NCBI GenBank assembly: GCA_964016885.1
Contig: OZ024763.1
Span: forward strand, 25,420,001-25,484,000
From: Eledone cirrhosa
Lineage: Eukaryota
Length of the DNA: 64,000 bases
Direction: 5' to 3'
Made by a program: the position numbers and the translations under genes. Under the pieces are notes generated by a model, which saw only the letters and a program-made list of their open reading frames with translations, was not told the DNA's origin and did no database searches. Below are positions 55,040 through 64,000 of this stretch, in pieces (position 1 is the stretch's first letter; each line of letters opens with the position of its first letter).

Positions 55040-57201
55040 ACGCCTGTTACTCACAGTGTCATCAAACAAGACTCCCTATTTAGCCTTAATAAAATGAATA
55101 TTTAAACTCTACTTCGATATTGAGTACTCTTCTCTTTCAGCCATCACAGCCGTCAACTACATAGATATCTATATGTATGTGTGTGTGTGTATATATATAT
55201 ATATATAGTTAAAAGAATATACACACACACACAGTAGTAATATTAAATACAAAGACCAAAATCCAGAGAGAACTTGATAAGGGTTCATCATCATCATCAT
55301 CATCGTTTAACGTCTATCTTCCACGCTTGCATGGGTTTGGACGGGAGTTTTCCCACTTGAGGCAAGAGTGGTTGTCTTGCTCGCATAGGACTGTCTGGCG
55401 GGTTTTCTACGGCTGGATACCCTTCCTAACCCCAACCACGTTTACAGTGTGGACTGGGAGATTTTTACCGTGTTACCTACACGGCCACATTACAGCGTGG
55501 ACTGTGAGTTTTTTTTGTCGTGACACCTACACGACCTCATTTGTTTCGGACTGGATGTTGTGGTGCCAACATAACTTTACATTGAAAGGGGTGGTGTAGA
55601 TGGGGTGGGGGTAGTGGGACGGGGTCTATTTTTGTTAGAGGTGCCTACTGACTGTAGTAGGTTGTATATTTAAACTCCAAGTAGAGCCACTACTTCTCTG
55701 AATTGAGAGATCACAGCTCTGATACTATGGACATGTGGTTAGAATGTCTTAGAAAAGGATCGCTGGACAGATTTGTAGCTCAGAGATCAGAGGGTCACTC
55801 CAGGTAGAGCCACTACTTCTCTGAATTGGGAGATCACAACTCCGATACTATGGACATGTGGTTAGAATGTCTTAGGAAAGAATCGCTGGACAGATTTGTA
55901 GCTCAGAGAGTCACTACAAATAGAGCTACGACTTCTCTGAATTGAGATATCACAGCTCCAATACTATGGGCATGTGGTTAGATGTCTCAGGAAATGACCT
56001 ACTGGAAGGAGGGTTTGAGGGTTTGTGCCCCCATGACTCATTCAAGAATAAGTGGGTGAAGAGGAAGATGATGATGAAGACTAGTAGTAAGTAATATATG
56101 GTAATGAGAAGCTTAACGAGTTATGGTAATGAACGGGTTAATGAAATATGGTAATGAAAGGGTTAACCTTTTAGCATTTAAACCGGCCAGAATTCTCTCA
56201 CCCCTTTCTGTTCAAACCGGCTGTAACTGGCCACTCATACTGATGTTAAGGTATTGTTTTCAAAATAAATAATATCAAAATCTCATAGATTCAATATTAT
56301 GCAAGGTAAAGTGTTTACCATGAAAATACAATAGTATATATAGAGTAATGTAAATGCTAAAGGGTTAAGGGAGTTCATAGCAATATGTTGGGGGTTAATA
56401 TTAGGTAACAACTAGAAGGGTAACCACAGCAGTCAAACAAAAGCCAGAAATATGACAGCGGAGCCTTTAAAATGCTAGCAAGCTAGGGACCGAGGGCCAA
56501 AGAAGCAATAGATAGATAAATAAGGAAATTGCGTAGCAAGATGTATCAATGTACAATAATGAAAAAATAGGGGACAGGGAGAAAAACAGATGGGGTTGAC
56601 ACAAAAGAACAAAAAGATAATATAAGGGAAGGAACAGAAAAATGGAAAAGGGGGGGGGGGGCTGTACAGAGTAAAACTTGTAGTAAAGGTACAAGTAGAA
56701 ATAATAAAAGAAATAATAGTAGTAGTAATAGTAGTTGTACTAGTAACAGCACAGGGCAGGGGTGTAACGAAGGGATGAATTAACAAAGGCAAGGAAGCTA
56801 ATTGCCAATTAATAGATTCAATAAAAACAGAGAGAGAAAGAGAGCAGGTTGGTGGGAGAATGGAAAAAGACAGACAGGAAGATTGGTGGGGTGAGGCAAG
56901 AAGGAAATATATATATATATGTATATATATATATATGTATATATATATGTATATATATATATGTATATATATATATATGTATATATATATGTATGTATAT
57001 ATAAATATATATAGATAAATATATACATATATGTATGTATATCTAAATATATATAGATAAATATATACATATATATGTATGTATGCATATATATATATAG
57101 ATAAATATATACATATATATATATGTATATAGATGTACATATATATGTATATATATGTATATATATGTATATATATACATATATATGCATATATATGTAC
57201 A

Positions 57202-57253
<52 letters not shown>

Positions 57254-57354
57254 TATATACATCTATATACACATATATATATACATCTATATACATATAT
57301 ATATACATACATACATCTGCATACATATACATATATCTATATACATACATACAT

Positions 57355-57411
<57 letters not shown>

Positions 57412-57686
57412 CATACATCCATACATAGATATATATACATATAGACAGATATATAGATATGTAGATATGTGGATGGGTAGGTAGATAGATAGATAGGTAG
57501 ATAGATTAGATAGAAAAAGCATTAACAGTTGTGTTAGAAAATAAAATACAGTGGCTTGCCTGTCAGTTAGTAACAACAGTCACCGCGCATCCTTCATACA
57601 AATAGCATCAGCGTAAATCTCCAGTATTGTTTGTTAATATTTTTTTAAATTGTGTATGTAGAGAGAGAAGGGAGAGTTTGTTAACC

Positions 57687-57719
<33 letters not shown>

Positions 57720-58072
57720 CGGTCTATTACTTTTGCTTTTTTTGCTTTTGATTTATTTTGTTAACTTGTATGTTTGGAAGTTAGTTTTTTTGACATTTTT
57801 TTTTTTTTTGTTACTCTCCACCAACCATCTTCAACTAACATTTTCCCAGGGTGCCTCACCTACAATATAGGATTAGCAGTTGACACTTGTGTAATACACA
57901 CACACAATATAATAATAATAATAATTATAATTATAATTATGATAATAATAATTTAGATGAATAAATATAAATAAATTAATTCATTCATTTAAAAAAAAAA
58001 ATTTTAATTTATTTTTTTTCATTTTTTATTTTTTGAAATTCTTTAAGAAGGAGATTGCAGGATGGCAGTATT

Positions 58073-58156
<84 letters not shown>

Positions 58157-58251
58157 ATATATAGATAGATATATATATATATACAAGCATATGTATATAC
58201 GTATATATGTATGTATATATATATATATATACACATAGATACAAGCATATG

Positions 58252-58283
<32 letters not shown>

Positions 58284-58287
58284 CAAG

Positions 58288-58339
<52 letters not shown>

Positions 58340-58398
58340 AGCATACATATATATATATATATACACACACAAGCATATATATATATATACACACACAA

Positions 58399-58433
<35 letters not shown>

Positions 58434-58440
58434 GATACAA

Positions 58441-58487
<47 letters not shown>

Positions 58488-58534
58488 TATATATACACAA
58501 GCATATTTATATATATATACATAGATACAAGCAT

Positions 58535-58580
<46 letters not shown>

Positions 58581-58855
58581 ATATATATATATATAAATAT
58601 GTGTGTATATAAAGAAGCTCTCCATGTTTTGTTGGCCATCAGAGCAAGAGGAGGAAGAGTAGGAGGGAAAGGGGGAAAAAAAATCATTGTATCATCAGTG
58701 AGAAACTGACGATGATGTTGCAAATGTGGACAACGGGGTGGTGGTGGTGTCGCAGTGATTGTGGTGGTAGTGTCGCGGTGGTGGTGGTGGTGTCGCGGTG
58801 GATATGGATGCAGCAGATACAGACACTTTGGAGGGGGGGGGAGCAGTGTGACAGA

Positions 58856-58888
<33 letters not shown>

Positions 58889-58896
58889 GTGTGGTG

Positions 58897-58930
<34 letters not shown>

Positions 58931-58938
58931 GTGTGGTG

Positions 58939-58989
<51 letters not shown>

Positions 58990-59073
58990 TGAGAGAGAGA
59001 GAGATAGGGGGGAAAATATAAATAGAAGGGCCGAGCTGACATCGAAGAGTCAACATTCTATAAATAAGCTCAC

Positions 59074-59146
59074 CTTTGTTGAGTGAGAAAGGGCAGCACT
59101 ATGAACCACGGAGGGCGGAGGATGGATGCTGGTGGGGGAGGAGGGT
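59074..59146 (-). other. Candidate 73-nt exon
   Basis: ttctttag|ACCCTCC...CAACAAAG|GTGAGC; GC-rich unique sequence, open in two frames. Confidence 0.3.
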
Positions 59147-59354
59147 CTAAAGAACAAACTGGAAGCATATCATCGTCCATCTATTATATTGAGAGGGACT
59201 TTGGAAGAATTTGGGTTTTAGGGGACGTTTTTTTTTTTTTTTTTTAAAATTCTTTTTTTTTTTTTTAGTAGTTTAGTTGTAGTTGTTGCCGCTGCTGTTG
59301 TTGCTGTTGTTGATGTTGTTGTTGTTCTTATTTCAAAGAGATTAGATTACTGAC

Positions 59355-59408
59355 CAGTTGGTCAGCCAACTGTCCAGCCAACCACCGCCATCCGCTGTTA
59401 CGGAGGAG
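59355..59408 (-). other. Candidate exon (54 nt if spliced at GTCAGT, otherwise start of a terminal exon)
   Basis: Acceptor ttcttctttgtctcttttacag|CTCCTCCG. Frames give (x)PP*, LLRNSGWRWLAGQLADQL or SSVTADGGGWLDSWLTN. Confidence 0.35.
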
Positions 59409-59524
59409 CTGTAAAAGAGACAAAGAAGAACCCAAACCAAGAAACACAGTTTCAAATCATGTTTCCTGGTGCCATTTCAATTGAACTTTTTCTACACTGG
59501 ATTAATAAAAATAATAATAATAAT

Positions 59525-59843
59525 AATTGTTTCTACTTTAGGCACAAGGCCAGCAATTATCCAGTTCATTACTGGTACTTTATTTTATCGACCCCGTAAT
59601 AATGGTTTCTATTATAAGCACAAGGCCAGTAATTTGGGGAGAGGAGAAAGTTGATTAAATCGACCCCAATGCATTACTGGTGCTTTTATTTTATCGACCC
59701 CGTAAGGATGAAAGGCAAATTTAACCTTGGCGGGATTATAACTTAGATCGTAAAGGGGCGTAATCCTACGCCATAAATATAACATATTGTCCGACGCTCC
59801 GCCGATACTGCCAAATCCACTGCCCTAATAATAATAATAAAAA

Positions 59844-59887
<44 letters not shown>

Positions 59888-60680
59888 GTTTCTTATATAG
59901 GCACAAGGCCAGCAATTTTGGGGGAGGGGAAAGTCAATTAAATCAACCCCCAGGGCATTACTGGTACTTTATTTTATCGACCCCCATAAGGATGAAAGGC
60001 AAAGTTAACCTTGGCAGGATTTAAACTCAGTATGTAAAGGGACATAACTATATACCATAAAGCATGTTGTCCGACACTCTACTGATTCTGCCAATCCCTG
60101 AAATACATAACTTGACTTGGATAATGTTGAGTTGGTTGTCTAGATTCATACATAGAGGGGAAAGTCAATTAAATTGCTCCCAGTGTATGACTGGTACTTT
60201 ATTTTATCAACCCCATAAGGATGAAAGGCAAAGCTAACCTCGGCAGGAACTCAGAACTTAAAAAGGCTTAATTATATACCACAAAGCATGTTGCCTGATG
60301 CACTACCGATTCTGCAAATCCACCGCACAATAAATAATAACAATAATAATGGTTTCTTTATTTATTTATTCATAAATAAAGAAACCATAATAATAATAAT
60401 AATAGTTGTTGTTTCTACTTTAGGCATAAGGCCTGCAATTACCCCAGTGCATTACTGGTGCTTTATTTTAGCATGGTGCCTGATGCTCTCTGCCAAACCA
60501 CCACCCTGACAAAATAATAATTTCTAGTATAAGCACAAGGCCAGTAATTTGGGGTGTGAGAAAAAGTCGATTAAATTGACCCCAGTGCATTACTGGTGCT
60601 TTATTCTATCAACCCCGTAAGAATCGAAAGGCAAAGCTAACCTCGGCAGGATTTGAACTCAGAATGTGAAGCACCATAAT
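59525..60680 (-). mobile_element. Cluster of ~6 SINE copies, dominant family
   Basis: Repeated family consensus separated by (aat)n. Further single copies at ~36350-36560, 38265-38470 and 51782-51995. Confidence 0.9.
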
Positions 60681-60939
60681 AAAAGAGAGATAGAGAGGGA
60701 AATTAGGTATTTTAAAGAGGAAAATATATTGAGAGAGATAAGGGGGAAGAGATAAAATAAATATAATATTAAAGAATTATTGAAATCCAGGAAAAAAAAG
60801 GGCCAACTCTGCCATTCAGCAGACAAACAGTTAATTTTGCCCTATATTTTTAAATCTTTCATTTCAAATAGGAAATAATTTTTTGTATTAGTTTTTTCCC
60901 CCCTTGTTTTCTGTTGCTCATAAACAGAAATACACACAC

Positions 60940-61500
60940 ATGGTCCCAGTTTTTGGGCCAACACACTAGCCTTGCAGTGTGTACCCATGTGAAATCGTAA
61001 AAGAACACAAAACATGGCTGACTCACAAATGTTGCAGTGTGCAGCCATGTGAAATTTTAACCTTTAGCATGCTACAAATTTTTATGAATTTCTTCCCTTA
61101 ACAATGCATTTTGTATCAAGGAGAGAGTATTCTATCAGCGACATAATGCGCCTGTAGCACCCAGAAGGTTAAAAGAACCCAGAATATGGCTGACTCACAA
61201 ATCTTGCAGTATGTACCCATGTGAAATCTTAAAAGAACCCAGAACATGGCCAACACATAAATGTTACAATGTGTGCCCTTATGAAATCTTAAAAGACCCC
61301 CAGAACATGGCCAACACATAAATGTTACAGTGTGTACCCATGTGAAATCTTAAAAGAACCCAGCACATGACCAACACACAAGCAGTGCAGCATGTACTCA
61401 TGTGAAATCTTATCTGTGTGCCCATATAAAACCTTTAAATAACCCAGAATTTGTCTGACTGACACACAAGTCTTGCAGTGTGTATCCATGTGAAATCTTA
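60940..61500. repeat. ~59-bp degenerate minisatellite
   Basis: Unit aaaagaacccagaacatggccaacacataaatgttacagtgtgtacccatgtgaaatctt. Confidence 0.85.
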
Positions 61501-62045
61501 GAGAGTTTTTTGAGTGGGGTGTTGGGTTATTTTGGTCAATCACAGCATGTGAAAAAAAGAATGGAAGAAAAAAAAAATTGGTTAAAAAAAAACTTGGATT
61601 ATTTTCGCTGTTTTTCTTAAAACAAAAAAAAAAAAACATTTACCAGTTTCTTAAATATATAGCAGTTTTTAAAACATTTAACAGTTTTTAAAACTTTAAC
61701 CAGTTTTTAAAACATTCAGAAAGCATCACAGTAAGAAAATATATAGAAATAAACAAACAAACAAACAGATATACAATGTTCATAGGTTTTAGACATGACA
61801 AACTGATAGAATAATGTAGACACACAACAACTGCTATTTCAAGCGTTAAACTAATATATTTCTTCTATGCACTCTGCAGTTTATTTTGTTACTTTTTGTT
61901 ATTTCTGTTTACCTTTTACATGTACACACACACTATATTTATATAGGTAAGTATATATATATATATATGTATATATATGTATATATGTCTAATGGTAGCT
62001 AAGATGCTTCCATAGGCGGTATACCATTTGATATATAGGTAGGTA

Positions 62046-62121
<76 letters not shown>

Positions 62122-62695
62122 CATACCTATATATACATATAAATATATGTATATATATAAATATATATATGTATATATAGGAATGTATGTATGTATATAT
62201 GTATGTATATATAGGTATGTATATATATATATGTATATACCATTCTAATAATGGTTAGTAAAAGATGATGCAATAAATTAAAGCACTCAATGTTTAAAAT
62301 TCTAAAGAAAGTTTCCAGTGCAGCCTTTTATTATTTTTAATATATGTATGTGTGTATGTATGTATGTGTGCATATGTATGTATGTATGTATGTAAATGTC
62401 ACTATTTTAGTGCCTCTTGTTTCAGTCCAAATTTGGACCTTAAAACCTTGGGTAGTGCTTTTGTTCCGTGTATGAACCTAAATGAATGATATATATATAT
62501 ATATATATCATTCATTTCATTTTACGTCCGCTTTTTCCCTGCTTGCAAGGGTGGGACGGGAACTGATTTTGGCTTGATTTCTACAGCTGGATGCCCTTCC
62601 TAACACCAACCTCATTCACAGTGAGTGCTGGGTGCTTTTTTGTCGTGGCACCTCCACGACCACTTTGCAGTGGAATGATATGGACCCCAGTCCCT

Positions 62696-62746
<51 letters not shown>

Positions 62747-63359
62747 ACGATCAACTTTCGTCAAATCGGACCGAGGAAACAATGTTTCCGCAGGTCTTTT
62801 CCAGTTGCTAGTACTATCTATCGGTCGCAACTCCAGGTAGAAGGAGCAACGTGAAATAAAGTGTCTTGCTCAAGGACATAACGCATCGCCGATCCAGGAA
62901 TCGAACTCACACCCTCAAGATTGTGAATCCAATTCTCTAAGCACTCAGCCACGCGCCTTCATATATATATATATATATATATATATCATCATCATCATTT
63001 AACGTCCATCTTCCACGCTAGCATGGGTTAGACGGGAGTTGTCCCACTTGAGGCAAGGTTGGTCGGGTGACCGTGTCTCGCTCGTATAGGACTATCTGGC
63101 AGGTTTTCTACGGCTGGATGACCTTCCTATGACCCGTTTAGCTTGCTTCGTTTTTTGGCTTAGGTGGTTGATAGCTTCTTAACCGCCATCTCAGTTTGTA
63201 TGGCCCTTATAACCTATGTTTATTGCTCTGGTCTCTTTTGGTCCATGGAGCGCTTGCCAACACAAATCGGAAATTGCGTTTCGCTTATTTCTATCCGCTG
63301 AAATACGATTCTCGCTGAATTTATATTTATATATATATATATAAGTTTTAATATAGATG

Positions 63360-63410
63360 AGATTCTACAGGACTAGAACTGTTTCATTCTTTAGAAATTA
63401 TCAGGAATCT
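63360..63410 (-). ncRNA. Hammerhead ribozyme motif, family A (core G8>A)
   Basis: Reverse complement: AGATTC-CTGATAA-tttc-taaa-gaat-GAAACAG-ttctagtc-CTGTA-GAATCT. Confidence 0.6.
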
Positions 63411-63459
63411 GATTCCTGATGATTTCTAAAAAATGAAACAGTTCTAGTCCTATAGAATC
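63411..63459 (+). ncRNA. Hammerhead ribozyme motif, family A
   Basis: GATTC-CTGATGA-tttc-taaa-aaat-GAAACAG-ttctagtc-CTATA-GAATC. Stem I covaries relative to the GGCTTC/GAAGCC copies. Confidence 0.7.
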
Positions 63460-63542
63460 TCATCTATATTAAAACTTTTATACTCTGCAATGTATTGAGT
63501 ACCTTACTTACTGTGGTTACCTCCGATTCAACCCGGAATAAC

Positions 63543-63589
<47 letters not shown>

Positions 63590-63629
63590 CCTTAAAGTTT
63601 ACCATCATTCTGTTGGTATACATCTATTA

Positions 63630-63700
63630 TGCAATTTACACCTGAAGATGTCACCTGGTTTTTACGCAACCTGCCCACTGAAATGTGCATAGTGTTTGCA
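63630..63700 (+). ncRNA. Type-I hammerhead ribozyme motif, family F
   Basis: tgcaattt-ACAC-CTGAAGA-..ggtt-tttacgc-aacc..-GAAA-tgtgc-ATA-GTGT-ttgca. Confidence 0.6.
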
Positions 63701-63813
63701 GAAATAAATAATTAAAGAAATTCAACATATTTGGCCTCCTGTATTTTCACTTTATAATATATATATATATATATACGATATTAAATAAATGGAAACTATA
63801 TTTATAAAACCAT

Positions 63814-63886
63814 ATTTATTTCATTATATATATTTCAGGGATATCATATTAACAATATGTTATGCCTTCCTCAGACAAAATACAAT
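63814..63886 (-). ncRNA. Type-I hammerhead ribozyme motif, family B
   Basis: Reverse complement: tattttgt-CTGAGGA-agg.ata.catatt-gtt-aatatg.tat.cct-GAAAtatat-ATA-atgaaata. Long stem II, palindromic stem III. Confidence 0.68.
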
Positions 63887-63911
63887 ATAGACAGTTTTAT
63901 AGATAAATAGA

Positions 63912-64000
63912 TTTGACATACCGTTCAACATCGACTTGTATTTGAAAAGGTTGATTTGGCAGTTTTTTCAAATACAAGTCGATGTTGAACGGTATGTCAA
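63912..64000. repeat. Perfect ~35-bp-arm hairpin running to the window edge
   Basis: ttgacataccgttcaacatcgacttgtatttgaaaa ... ttttcaaatacaagtcgatgttgaacggtatgtcaa. Confidence 0.92.

Noticed and set aside
59355-59408. Resemblance of GGWLDSWLTNW to the cytochrome b5 tail (SWWTNW) or a Bcl-2 BH2 motif
   Set aside because: Too short, reading phase unknown, and no supporting upstream exons in the window; no gene name assigned.

Overview
Very AT-rich, repeat-saturated eukaryotic DNA; the SINE families, MITEs and huge (TA)n/(CT)n tracts look like an octopus (coleoid cephalopod) genome (inference). No intact cellular gene or prokaryotic feature is present, and most ORFs in the supplied track are microsatellite artefacts. 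Recognisable content: tRNA-derived SINEs of two families, CR1- and RTE-type LINE fragments, a mariner relic, a non-autonomous Helitron with two empty paralogous sites, several MITEs, many minisatellites, an old mosaic duplication (1-8.8 kb vs 17.9-20.4 kb), and weak candidate terminal exons of a minus-strand gene. The main find is about 11 type-I hammerhead ribozyme motifs from about six sequence families, plus degenerate relics. Most sit in short cassettes in or next to (TA)n microsatellites, and several form head-to-head inverted repeats. One family shows compensatory stem I changes between copies. This fits a diverse set of non-autonomous, microsatellite-targeting Penelope-like or retrozyme-like elements. 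All folds and alignments were done by eye; repeat boundaries are approximate.
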